From: a virus
Length of the DNA: 64,000 nucleotides
Reading direction: 5' to 3' (one strand)
IMG/VR virus record: IMGVR_UViG_3300032286_001864
Location: 1 to 64,000 of that record
Every line of letters begins with the position of its first letter. The stretch's first letter is position 1. Below the pieces are notes generated by a model. It had not been told where the DNA came from. It ran no database searches and was given only the letters and a program-made list of their open reading frames with translations. Position numbers and translations under genes: made by a program. This document shows positions 19,223 to 28,478 of the stretch, piece by piece.

Positions 19223-19851
19223 TGCCAGTCCGGAGCGAATAGGTGTGCCCTACTGGAAGGAGCATGCGGCCTAAGCGCCTCCCGCAGACGCGTAGCTTGC
19301 TCAGGCCCGAAGAGAAGGCGAGGTGAGCCCGTGCTCCTTCCTGCCTTGAGCCGGGGGTACATCGCGGTCGAGGCCGCACCGGTGAGGGATTCAAGCCAGC
19401 TGCTGACGATCCGCGCTTCTCCTTCGGTTTGACCGACCCGGCGCAGAAGGATCCCCTGGTCCATGAAGGGCCTTGCGCCCTCAGCCCAAAGCCAGGCTGC
19501 TGCCCTTGCATCGAGGATTTCAAGCGCTGGCGATGTGATCTCACGCTCGCCGCAGGGGTAGAGGAGGTTGTAGATCAGGAGCAGCTTGTCCGACGTGAAA
19601 CGGAAGCGGAGCACGGTTGTCGAGCGACCCGATTCGCGCTGCTGGGTTCGATAGGGAGTAATGCGCGCCGTCGTCGGCACCCAGCGGCGAATCTCTTCGG
19701 CCTTCTCCTCCAGGAAGCTGCGCTCGCTCTCGCCGCCGTGCATTGCCGCGGTGATGCGTTCTTTCGTTGGCGTGCGACTGCGGACTAGGCAGCCGTCTGC
19801 CAGCAGCACGCCAAGCACTCCCCGTACGCCCTGTGTGTTCAATTTCGCCAC
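19219..19851 (-). CDS. LAGLIDADG_2-type endonuclease-fold protein, second motif degenerate
   Basis: GVLGVLLADGCL...FLEEK...IYNLLYPCGEREIT...AAAWLWAEG; start uncertain (GTG 19851 preferred; frame open to 20139). Confidence 0.75.
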   Translation of the reverse strand: MAKLNTQGVRGVLGVLLADGCLVRSRTPTKERITAAMHGGESERSFLEEKAEEIRRWVPTTARITPYRTQQRESGRSTTVLRFRFTSDKLLLIYNLLYPCGEREITSPALEILDARAAAWLWAEGARPFMDQGILLRRVGQTEGEARIVSSWLESLTGAASTAMYPRLKAGRSTGSPRLLFGPEQATRLREALRPHAPSSRAHLFAPDWQ

Positions 19852-19925
19852 ATCGCTGCCGCTAGCGTAAGGCCTGGCACGCAACCCGCGCGCTTTATCC
19901 CTCATCGCTCGGAGCATTTCTTCCC

Positions 19926-21068
19926 ATGTGGGTCGATAATGATTTCCCGAAGGTGCTGGGTGCCGAGCTCTACCGGCCCCATCCCGCCTACGTGATCGAA
20001 ATGGCCGTGGACCCCGTTGTGGTCCATGACTTCGGTGCGCAGCCCGGGCAAACGGTGCAGCTGGATCGGTACCGCTATTGGGGGAATCCTGGCACCAAGG
20101 ATTCCCGCGAGCGCACCGCTGATCAGACCATCGGCACAAGCTCCTCTCGGAACATCGTCAAGGAAAAGGTCCCTGTGACCCTTAAGGAGTACACGGGTCC
20201 TGCCGACCCGCAGAACTCCAGTCAGGCGAGCACCTTCAAGGTCGCTCGGGAAACCCTGATCACTGCTCAGCGCCTGCTGATTGACACAGCGTCCCTGCCG
20301 GTCTTCCACCAGAGCATCGGTTCGATGACCCTGCTGGACGACTATCGCCGCTGGCGCGATCGCGTCTTCGCGGACGAGCTGTTCAAGGCCGAGGCCAACG
20401 GGAAGTCCGACTCCGTCCAGGGCGGCTACTACTTCCCCAAGAGCAAGACCAAGACGGGTGTCACCGTCGCGGCGTACGACGCGAACCAGTCTGCCAAGTT
20501 CGGCGTGAAGGATGACCTCCTCGAGGTCGTTCTGCAGCTGCGCAAGCGCAACGTGCCGACCTTCGCTGATGGGAACTATCGAGCCATCCTCGATCCCACC
20601 GCGATGAAGCACATGCGGCAGGACTCCGACTTCCGCGAAGTGGCCCGCTATCCCGGCTCCGGGATGGTTGACCCCAGCCAGCCGTACCTCGCTCCTAACG
20701 CCAGCTTCTACACGGGCATGGGCCCTGGCTACGGCCAGGCCGGCTTCGTGGCAGGGCAACCTGTCATGCCGACCGGCTTCGTGTTTGAGGGCGTTCGCTT
20801 CTTCGAGTCGACCAACCTGCCCGAGAAGTCGTTTACCGCAACCATTCCGGTGACCGGTAACAGCTCCTCCGCTACCTATGAAGCAGCCCCCCTGCTGTTC
20901 TTCGGGATGCAGGCAATCGGTGTCGGCATCGGTGGCGAGAACGCTCAGATCCTGCTGAACAACAACGACGACTTCAGTCGTTTCATCATCATGATCTGGT
21001 CGCTGTACGCCGGTTTCGAGATCCTGAACAGGGATTTCGTGACGGTTGCATACTCTTTCGTCTACTGA
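19926..21068 (+). CDS. Major capsid protein
   Basis: 380 aa, strongly C/G-ending codons, GQTVQLDRY and FEGVRFFESTN segments typical of HK97-fold capsids; GGAG RBS. Confidence 0.88.
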   Translation: MWVDNDFPKVLGAELYRPHPAYVIEMAVDPVVVHDFGAQPGQTVQLDRYRYWGNPGTKDSRERTADQTIGTSSSRNIVKEKVPVTLKEYTGPADPQNSSQASTFKVARETLITAQRLLIDTASLPVFHQSIGSMTLLDDYRRWRDRVFADELFKAEANGKSDSVQGGYYFPKSKTKTGVTVAAYDANQSAKFGVKDDLLEVVLQLRKRNVPTFADGNYRAILDPTAMKHMRQDSDFREVARYPGSGMVDPSQPYLAPNASFYTGMGPGYGQAGFVAGQPVMPTGFVFEGVRFFESTNLPEKSFTATIPVTGNSSSATYEAAPLLFFGMQAIGVGIGGENAQILLNNNDDFSRFIIMIWSLYAGFEILNRDFVTVAYSFVY

Positions 21069-21083
21069 TCGGAGGAAACGACC

Positions 21084-21770
21084 ATGAGCATCGCCAAGTC
21101 CATCTACCCCGGCAACTGGGTTGCACCGCTGAGTTCCTACCAGAACCAGCCGGTGATCGCCCTCCCTGGCCGGGTGTACTACCACCGAGTGGGTTACGTC
21201 AAAGTCACCTCCGTCGGTGCCACGTCGTTCGACGTGATCATCCCCAGCCCCGACAAGCGCCCCGACGACAAGCCGCGGGCCGACATCACCGGGCTGGTCA
21301 TTCCCCAGAACGCCTACCTGTATCACGTCGGACTGCGCATTCTCGATGCGCGGAAAGATCGCAGCAAGGGCACGGCCCGCTCCGGATTGACCTGGAGCAA
21401 CGGCGCCGATCGGATCAAGCTGGCCAGTGCCGTGACCGTGGGTACAACCGCGGGTGCCATCACGGCGACCACTGCCAGCACGCCGCCGCTGGATGACGCC
21501 TCGCTGACCATCGCTCCTTCTGGAGCGGCTGGCTCGGTGTTCCAGGTCATCACGCCGGTGCTGATCACGCAGTCCGGGGGCTTGACCCTCAAGCTGTACC
21601 TCGACAACGGCAGCACAGGTTCACTCGCTGCCGGCGCGGGCACCCTCTCCTCTACCGAGATTGACGGGAGCTTCTTGATTGCCGAAGCCGCCTTCTACAC
21701 CGAAGACGGCGTTAGCGATGAGTCGGTCTTCGGCGGTCTGCCGAATCCAACGCAGTCCTCCGGGGCCTGA
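21084..21770 (+). CDS. Putative capsid decoration/minor structural protein
   Basis: GGAGG RBS, directly after the capsid gene, T/S/G/A-rich beta character. Confidence 0.7.
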   Translation: MSIAKSIYPGNWVAPLSSYQNQPVIALPGRVYYHRVGYVKVTSVGATSFDVIIPSPDKRPDDKPRADITGLVIPQNAYLYHVGLRILDARKDRSKGTARSGLTWSNGADRIKLASAVTVGTTAGAITATTASTPPLDDASLTIAPSGAAGSVFQVITPVLITQSGGLTLKLYLDNGSTGSLAAGAGTLSSTEIDGSFLIAEAAFYTEDGVSDESVFGGLPNPTQSSGA

Positions 21771-21780
21771 AGTTGAGTAC

Positions 21781-21812
21781 GGAGCAGGTAGGCCACACGG
21801 CTTTCCTGCTCC
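21781..21812 (+). terminator. Stem-loop after capsid operon
   Basis: GGAGCAGG...CCTGCTCC stem; no clear U-tract. Confidence 0.55.
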
Positions 21813-21864
21813 GCTCACTTAGGATCTGAAACTGCAGGACCGCGGCCTTGACCAAGGGAAGAGC

Positions 21865-22296
21865 ATGAGCCTTTACCAGAACCAGAAGACCGGGCAAATC
21901 GTGGAGCTGATTAGCTACCACGACAAGGATTACGCCATGGTCAAGACGCAGACAGGCGCCATCAACTACGTTGACCTGGCCGACCTGCACGAATACGAAC
22001 CCGGTAAGGGGCGCACCGGCGAGCAGCCTGCCTCTCCGATGAAGAAGGATGATGCGGATCCGGAGGTTGTACCCAAGCAGGCGATTCCGCCCGACGTGCG
22101 GCTGAACCTGAACCTGGCCAGCGCCGAGATGATCGCCGACCGCATCAAAGGCGTCGGCTATTCCACGGCCAAGCGCGTCATCGAAGTTCGCATGAGCCTG
22201 CCCGGTGAACGCTTTGCGACCCTCGAGCAGCTCAAGCAGATCAAGCGCGTCGACTGGGACGAAGTTTTCAAGGCTGACCTCGTCTACGTCGCCTGA
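21865..22296 (+). CDS. ComEA-type helix-hairpin-helix DNA-binding protein
   Basis: LNLNLASAEMI...IKGVGYSTAKRVIE...FATLEQL. Confidence 0.82.
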   Translation: MSLYQNQKTGQIVELISYHDKDYAMVKTQTGAINYVDLADLHEYEPGKGRTGEQPASPMKKDDADPEVVPKQAIPPDVRLNLNLASAEMIADRIKGVGYSTAKRVIEVRMSLPGERFATLEQLKQIKRVDWDEVFKADLVYVA

Positions 22297-22334
22297 GTGG
22301 TTGCCTAGAATCTGCTGAGGCAAGCCCCGGCAGC

Positions 22335-22820
22335 GTGGAGCTCAACCAGTACGACAAATCACGTTGCCGTTTTCACCTCGGCTTCAACAGCGGCGCGCAG
22401 GTTCCAGCGGGCGATCTCGCTCGACTGGAGGAAGCGATGGCGCGCATCCCTGACTCCTACTTCTACGATCGCGTGGCCGAGCACCTTGGCCGGTGCGATC
22501 GGGCATACAGGCTCTCGGAAGTGCTGCGCAATGACACTCAGCCGATGCCAAGTCGGGTTGAGTGGATCGTTGGGGACACGGACCGCGGGATCTATCAGTC
22601 GGACCCCGAGAAATCGGATCGTCTGTACCGAGAAATCTACCTGCGAGAAGTCGATAGGCTTGCTGAGACCCTGTACGTCCCCAACTACCGGCGGGAGGAC
22701 GTCCGCCGCTACGCCTTCACGCGCAGCGGTGCCGAGTTCATCAATGCGATCCCGGGCCCAGCTGATACGTCAGTGGGCACACGCGTGATGACTCTGACCG
22801 GCGCCATCAACTGGAGATAG
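22335..22820 (+). CDS. Putative head-completion/adaptor protein
   Basis: 161 aa, DKSRCRFHLG motif; position after capsid genes; TAGAAT box 22306-22311. Confidence 0.6.
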   Translation: MELNQYDKSRCRFHLGFNSGAQVPAGDLARLEEAMARIPDSYFYDRVAEHLGRCDRAYRLSEVLRNDTQPMPSRVEWIVGDTDRGIYQSDPEKSDRLYREIYLREVDRLAETLYVPNYRREDVRRYAFTRSGAEFINAIPGPADTSVGTRVMTLTGAINWR

Positions 22821-22824
22821 GACC

Positions 22825-24111
22825 ATGCCGCAGAACTACTCGGACGCTCAAGGCACCGTCTATGACTGGCGGACCGGGCGCCCTATCAGTGGCAAGGGCG
22901 GGGTTGGCAGCATCCCCCCGTCCAGGGTCCCTCCCTCGGGGCGCGCTACGAGCAGCCGCGCACCTCTCGGCGGCACTGCACCCCGCAGTAGCGCTCCCTC
23001 GCCTCGGACGCAATCCGGGCGAATCAACCAAGCCTGGGGCACCGTCCCCGATAGCGCAAACGAACAAGGATTTGGCTACCGCAGGGGGTCCACTGCGAGC
23101 TACTCGGATGCTCAGGGGCGCGAATACAACGCCGCCACGGGTCGGCCTATGTCTGGCATCAGTGGAGTAGGCGCTATCCCTCCCTCCCTCCAGACACCCC
23201 CCGCCCCCGTTCGTTCGACACCCCCTGCTACCCCTCCCCGCCAGGTGTCTCCCGCTGCTGCCCCTGTCCGCTCGGCTCCGATGCCGGGCCTTGGGACGCC
23301 GCGGGTGGAGATCCGCGCCGGTGGTCGGCGGGCGGCGGCCCTGAACAACCAGGCCCAGCAAGCGGGTTCGCCGGCTCGGTACGCCTCGGTCGGCGATGAC
23401 GTCCGCCTGGCTCAGAGCGCACGCAGCGGCATGATCAGGAGTGCCCGCGAAGCGGGCAATGAAGTGCCGGCGAACTTGACTCCCGCCAGTGAGTCGTACT
23501 GGAACGACGCCGACATCCGAGCCTGGGCCCAAAAGAACAAAGGCCTCGCCAATCAACTGCGCAAGGAGAACGGTTTGCCCGATCTGGACGCCAACGGGCA
23601 GGCTCCCTGGGCTGCTCCGAATGTGACCTGGAGCGGCGACATCGATCGCAACCCCAGCCTGGCCTACGGCATGCAGAGCAACCTGGCTCCAGGGGCCGCT
23701 CAGGCCGGTGCTGCGATGAATGTTCCAGCTCAGACATGGAACGGCCCTGACCAAAGTGCGCTCGGCTTCAATCCGGACGTCAATCTGTCTGCACCGGAAC
23801 GGTTCCGCGCCCCGGCTAACACCTGGAACATGCAATCGAAATTCAACCCCGGACTGGACCTTGGCACCGGCTATGGGCAGCCCGGGAACTTCCAGGGCAG
23901 CTCGTCGGTGCCCGTGGCGTCGGCCTACTCCAGCGGCATGGACTTGATGGGACGGGGCACCCCGACACCCCCGTCCGGGGTCGCGGCGACCAGTTACGGG
24001 GTGCCAGGTGCGCAAGACTTCAGCCAGGGGGCTCTTGCGCAGGTTCGCAAGATGAAGGGCAGTTACGGGGGCGCTGGCCGGTTGAACTTCAACCCGCAGT
24101 CCTTCCGCTGA
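22825..24111 (+). CDS. Low-complexity P/G/S/A-rich hypothetical protein
   Basis: 428 aa with duplicated YSDAQG..Y...TGRP.SG..GVG.IPPS module. Confidence 0.7.
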   Translation: MPQNYSDAQGTVYDWRTGRPISGKGGVGSIPPSRVPPSGRATSSRAPLGGTAPRSSAPSPRTQSGRINQAWGTVPDSANEQGFGYRRGSTASYSDAQGREYNAATGRPMSGISGVGAIPPSLQTPPAPVRSTPPATPPRQVSPAAAPVRSAPMPGLGTPRVEIRAGGRRAAALNNQAQQAGSPARYASVGDDVRLAQSARSGMIRSAREAGNEVPANLTPASESYWNDADIRAWAQKNKGLANQLRKENGLPDLDANGQAPWAAPNVTWSGDIDRNPSLAYGMQSNLAPGAAQAGAAMNVPAQTWNGPDQSALGFNPDVNLSAPERFRAPANTWNMQSKFNPGLDLGTGYGQPGNFQGSSSVPVASAYSSGMDLMGRGTPTPPSGVAATSYGVPGAQDFSQGALAQVRKMKGSYGGAGRLNFNPQSFR

Positions 24112-24160
24112 TCGCCTTGGTTGACTCTCGATAAGATGAGGCAATCAACGGCCTCTTCCT

Positions 24161-24682
24161 GTGAGTAGCACGAGTACGAACAAGCAACCCCTGCTGGTTG
24201 ATCGCCCTCTTCACCGGTGGGCGACGCTTGGCCCGACTGCGGCGCTGACGAGCAACGCGAACTACTCGACGATCGTCGGCGGCGGCTGCGTTGAGCTGGT
24301 GAGCTGCATCGACAACGATGGGGCCGTCATCGACAGCCTCTCGGTCGTGGCGATGCAGGCCGGGACGACTGCTGTGGTTGTTCTGTTCTTCTTGAGCACC
24401 TCCTCGACGACCTTTGGGATCACGGACGCCAATACGTCCCTGGTCGCCTCGGTGACGGTCGGCTCTACGACAGCTGGTGAGCGGACCAATGTCGCCCTGC
24501 CTCCGCTGACGGTTCCGGTCCCAAGCCTGGGAGGGCAGGCGTCGCCGACGGAGACCTCCAAGAAGAACACTGGTCTCTACATCGAGAAGAGCCAGGTGCT
24601 CTACGTGGGGCTGAACACCGCGATCCTGGCCCCCAGCCCGGCCACGAAGATCACGGTCTTTGCCCAGGGCGGCAACTTCTAA
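24161..24682 (+). CDS. Beta-rich structural protein
   Basis: 173 aa T/S/V-rich, ends AQGGNF; TAAGAT box 24132-24137. Confidence 0.75.
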   Translation: MSSTSTNKQPLLVDRPLHRWATLGPTAALTSNANYSTIVGGGCVELVSCIDNDGAVIDSLSVVAMQAGTTAVVVLFFLSTSSTTFGITDANTSLVASVTVGSTTAGERTNVALPPLTVPVPSLGGQASPTETSKKNTGLYIEKSQVLYVGLNTAILAPSPATKITVFAQGGNF

Positions 24683-26112
24683 TGCCCGGCGGGTATGGCC
24701 GCAGGGTCGACGGCAGCAGTCCCGGCGGGTCTGTCGGGCGCGTTGATCGCCCCATGAAGCCGCGCTCGCCGGGCTCAAGCCGCACGGCAGACCGGGCGCC
24801 GCAAGGGACGGGTGGAACGATCTATCCGACCGTGATCGAGGCTTACAACCGCGACAGCGATTACAAACGCTGGCGGGCCGGGGCGGACTACTGGCAGGGG
24901 AGCGGCCAGGGCTGGAGCGACATCGAGCAGTTCTACCTGGTGCGTCTGTTCAGGGACCTTGGCACCGACCCGGGGCCGCAGCTGGTGAGTGCCACGTACT
25001 TCCCCAGTGACAGCTCTCCAGACTCTTCGTGGGTCGTCACCTGCCGCCGCCGAGGAGCGGTGATCTTGCCGCAGCTGTTGCGCCAGGAGGACATCGTGCT
25101 GGATACGAGTCATCCGAACCCTGAGCGGCATCGGCTCATCCTTGATGTGAGTCAGACGCTGAGCAGTGAGCAGCTCGATACCTGGCCCCTGCTGATCGGT
25201 GATCAGTTCGAAGACTCGGCGACCGGAACGGGCTTCCCCTCTGGCCTGATCAAAGAGCCGATCGACACGATCGCTTACACGCTGGCAGAGGTCGACAAGG
25301 GCGGCGGCAAGCTGCTGTTCGACCTCTCGCGGCCCTTCATGAGGAGCCGGCCTAACAGCGAGATCCCTCGTGCGTTCTGGGGCCGCGTTCAGTACGACAG
25401 GAAGTTCCCGATGTCATGGCGGAACAACGGCACTCGCTACCTCTGCAGCAGCCATCGGTTCTATTGCAGTTGCCCCGACTTCAGTGGATACAGCACGGCA
25501 AGCCTCCAGGGGGAACAGAGCGCAAGCCAGGCGCTGTTCCCACGTCCTTCTGCCGGGCGAAGGACAGGCAGCACCTGGGAGCGCGGCAGCGTTGGGTACC
25601 TGCGCAGATGGCGGGACCTGTCGTTTCGTGTCGACCAGCGGCGGGAGTGCAAGCACATTCACGCGACGCGTTGGTCGGTCGCCTATCCCTTCTACGAGCC
25701 CAGCGATTACGAGGTCGGCAACAGTGAGCGCCATTTCACCGGCGGAGCGATCGGCCCTCTGCACACGGGCAAGGTGATGCGGTATCACCAGCAGCGAGGG
25801 CTGACGTTGGATCGCCTGGCTCCAGCGCTGGCCGACGCTATCGGGGTCCTTCTCGATGCTGGAGAGACGGTCTCGCTGGACGAGGAGGCACCCGCCCAGC
25901 CCGGCAGAAGGCCCGTACTTTGGACAACGGAGCGCGAGCCCGCCGCGTTTAGGGCCGTGTCCGATGACTGGTGGCTGCAGATCGGAACGGCAACACTGCG
26001 GGTGTTCGATCCGGCGATGCAGAGGTTCGTCGAAACGAAGGTTGTCGACGGACAGAGGGTTCCTGTTGTTCAGCTGGCGGGAGCCACCGATCTGGTTACG
26101 GCAGGGGGCTAA
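24682..26112 (+). CDS. SWIM zinc-finger-containing protein
   Basis: FYCSCPDF...CKHIHA with long insert; TAATG coupling. Confidence 0.75.
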   Translation: MPGGYGRRVDGSSPGGSVGRVDRPMKPRSPGSSRTADRAPQGTGGTIYPTVIEAYNRDSDYKRWRAGADYWQGSGQGWSDIEQFYLVRLFRDLGTDPGPQLVSATYFPSDSSPDSSWVVTCRRRGAVILPQLLRQEDIVLDTSHPNPERHRLILDVSQTLSSEQLDTWPLLIGDQFEDSATGTGFPSGLIKEPIDTIAYTLAEVDKGGGKLLFDLSRPFMRSRPNSEIPRAFWGRVQYDRKFPMSWRNNGTRYLCSSHRFYCSCPDFSGYSTASLQGEQSASQALFPRPSAGRRTGSTWERGSVGYLRRWRDLSFRVDQRRECKHIHATRWSVAYPFYEPSDYEVGNSERHFTGGAIGPLHTGKVMRYHQQRGLTLDRLAPALADAIGVLLDAGETVSLDEEAPAQPGRRPVLWTTEREPAAFRAVSDDWWLQIGTATLRVFDPAMQRFVETKVVDGQRVPVVQLAGATDLVTAGG

Positions 26113-26147
26113 TTGCCTGCCAGAATGAGCGGATTGAAAGCTTTGGC

Positions 26148-28409
26148 GTGCCGTTCTCGCAGTATCTGGCCTCGAATCTGCTGAATTGGCATCGGCGTAT
26201 AGGGATGCCAACGCCACCGGCGGCGATCTATATCTCCCTGCATATCGGCTCGCCAGGGAGGAGCGGCACGCAAGGTGATGTCACGGTTGGCTTGATCAGG
26301 ACTCGCGGGGTCATCAAGGCAGCTGACTGGAGTGCGCCGATGACGAGCCGACAGGGGGACACCTGGCTGTTTGTGATCACCAACCTGGTCGTCGTGCCGC
26401 TGGCGACAAAGGCAGGCGCAACGGTGACCATCTCACACTTCGGCTGCTGGGATGCCGAGCAGGGAGGCAACTTCCTCAATCACGGCACGATCGCAGGACC
26501 GTTCACGGTGATCGCTGGTGATGCTGTCCGTTTTCCGCCCGGCAGCTTGATCATCCAGGTCCCATCACCGGCGGTGTTGTTCCCGGTGGCGATCCTCAGT
26601 GGTCCTGCCTTGATGCAATTGCTACCGGCGGGGACGTTGACCAGAACGGCCGACCCTTGCGCTCCGGGCGCTGTGACAGTGCCCGCCTTTACGTTACCCG
26701 CAAACCCTAATACAATAACACCTGATGATACCATTCGTACTTTTGGCTTCCAGTTTATAACAACCATTGATCGGGTGCTCAAGAAGGTTGGGATCTACGC
26801 TTGGACAACAACTGCCCACAGTATCGGCATCTGGGATTTTACACCAAGCTCCCCTCAGCTGCTATGGCAGAAGCAGATACTCCTGTCGGACCCATACATC
26901 CTTGATCAGGGGTTCCGCTGGTATGACGGACCTAACTTGATCCTAAGGGCAGGGAGGTTCTATGCGATTGCAGCAACCTGGAGTGGGCCTGATCCGATCC
27001 CGGCTCAGCTTAATCCGGTTGTTGGCGATGCAGTTACCAACATAGCCAATTTCTCGCTAAACAATACCGCCGTGCGGATAAACGGTCCTCTTCCATCGTC
27101 GCACCTGACCGACTTGAACGCATTCGCCCCGGCAGGGACCTCCGGCACTGATAACAAGGGGTATTACACGGTTAACATGCAGCTCTCTGACTGTATCCCA
27201 ACCGCCCCTTGTGATCCAGGTTACCCGACAGTGCCCACCTTTACGTTACCTGCAAACCCCAGCACAATAACACCTGGCTCAGCAGTTCGTGTTTTTGGCT
27301 ATAATTTTGATACGGAAATTGATCGGGTCGTCAAAAAAGTTGGTATTTACGCTCAGACAGCAAGGGATCACACTATTGGCATCTGGGATTTTACAGGCGC
27401 TCCCCAGCTGCTATGGCAGAAGCAGATACTCCTGTCGAACCCATACATCCTTGATCAGGGGTTCCGCTGGTATGACGGACCTAACTTGATTCTAAAAGCG
27501 GGGAGGCGTTACGCAATTGCAGCAACCTGGGGCAGTAGCGAGCCTGTGCCCGCTGGAGTAAGCCCAGGTGACATTGCGGTCAACATAAACCGACTGAGCT
27601 TGAACGACAGTGCAAGAAGAGTGCCGGGAAACCCTCTGCCGTCGTCATACCTGACCGACCTGAACGCCTTCCCCCCGGACGGGACTTCCGTCACTGATAA
27701 CAAGGGGTATTACACGGTTAACATGCAGCTCTCTGACTGTATCCCAACCGCCCCTTGTGATCCAGGTTACCCGACAGTGCCCACCTTTACGTTACCCGCG
27801 AATCCCAGGACAATAACGCCTGATAATAACATTCGTGTTTTTGGTTTTGCTTTTAGTACAGGGATCAACCGTGTGATCAAGAAGGTTGGTATCTACGCTC
27901 AGACAACAACTGACCATAGTATCGGCGTCTGGGATTTTTCCGCCACTCCGCCCCGGCTGCTATGGCAGAAGCAAATCTCCTTGTCGGACCCGTACATCCT
28001 TGATCAGGGGTACCGCTGGTATGATACGCCCGACATCTTGCTACGAGGCGAACTCCCTCCCAGCATCCTGTCTCGTTACGTGATAGGAACAACCTGGGCT
28101 GGCGAACCGATCCCCGCTCAGCTTGATCCGGCCTACGGAATCGCAACCATCAATATACTTAATTTCTCATTAGACAACACCGCGAGGATTGCATCGGGAA
28201 GCCCTCGACCATCGTCGCATCTGACTGACCTGAACGCTTACCCCCCGGCTGGTACCTCCGGCACTGATGAAAAGGGGTACTACACGGTTAACATGCAGCT
28301 CTCTGACTGTGTTCCTGAGTCACTGCTGTTCCCACAGAAGACCCTCTATGGCTCTGCCTTGATGCAAGCCCCGGCGGCGGGGACGCTGACGAGGATCCGC
28401 CCGGCTTAG
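26148..28409 (+). CDS. Putative fibre/adhesin with three tandem DUF4082-like beta-sandwich repeats
   Basis: GTG start matches paralog 17261-17680; three ~182 aa repeats (FG..F...KKVGIYA...HSIGIWDF...QGFRWYD); lower GC. Confidence 0.8.
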   Translation: MPFSQYLASNLLNWHRRIGMPTPPAAIYISLHIGSPGRSGTQGDVTVGLIRTRGVIKAADWSAPMTSRQGDTWLFVITNLVVVPLATKAGATVTISHFGCWDAEQGGNFLNHGTIAGPFTVIAGDAVRFPPGSLIIQVPSPAVLFPVAILSGPALMQLLPAGTLTRTADPCAPGAVTVPAFTLPANPNTITPDDTIRTFGFQFITTIDRVLKKVGIYAWTTTAHSIGIWDFTPSSPQLLWQKQILLSDPYILDQGFRWYDGPNLILRAGRFYAIAATWSGPDPIPAQLNPVVGDAVTNIANFSLNNTAVRINGPLPSSHLTDLNAFAPAGTSGTDNKGYYTVNMQLSDCIPTAPCDPGYPTVPTFTLPANPSTITPGSAVRVFGYNFDTEIDRVVKKVGIYAQTARDHTIGIWDFTGAPQLLWQKQILLSNPYILDQGFRWYDGPNLILKAGRRYAIAATWGSSEPVPAGVSPGDIAVNINRLSLNDSARRVPGNPLPSSYLTDLNAFPPDGTSVTDNKGYYTVNMQLSDCIPTAPCDPGYPTVPTFTLPANPRTITPDNNIRVFGFAFSTGINRVIKKVGIYAQTTTDHSIGVWDFSATPPRLLWQKQISLSDPYILDQGYRWYDTPDILLRGELPPSILSRYVIGTTWAGEPIPAQLDPAYGIATINILNFSLDNTARIASGSPRPSSHLTDLNAYPPAGTSGTDEKGYYTVNMQLSDCVPESLLFPQKTLYGSALMQAPAAGTLTRIRPA
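26650..28310 (+). repeat. Three intragenic tandem repeats of ~550 bp
   Basis: About 105 bp identical between ~27145-27250 and ~27691-27797; near-identical 26856-26941 vs 27405-27490. Confidence 0.9.
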
Positions 28410-28478
28410 AGCAGGGAGCGCTGCTTCGCTAGAATCACCAGGCACGGCCTCTCGCATCGATTCGTCCGGACGTAAGCC

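Noticed and set aside
18629-21068. Group I intron or intein in the capsid gene
   Set aside because: The capsid ORF is continuous; the LAGLIDADG-like genes are upstream and antisense with no splicing motifs seen.
19902-24144. Long antisense ORFs (19902-21326, 22807-24144)
   Set aside because: Expected shadows of GC-rich sense genes; no recognisable motifs.
26650-28310. Diversity-generating retroelement template/variable repeats
   Set aside because: No reverse transcriptase in the window; the repeats are in-frame domains and differences are not adenine-restricted.
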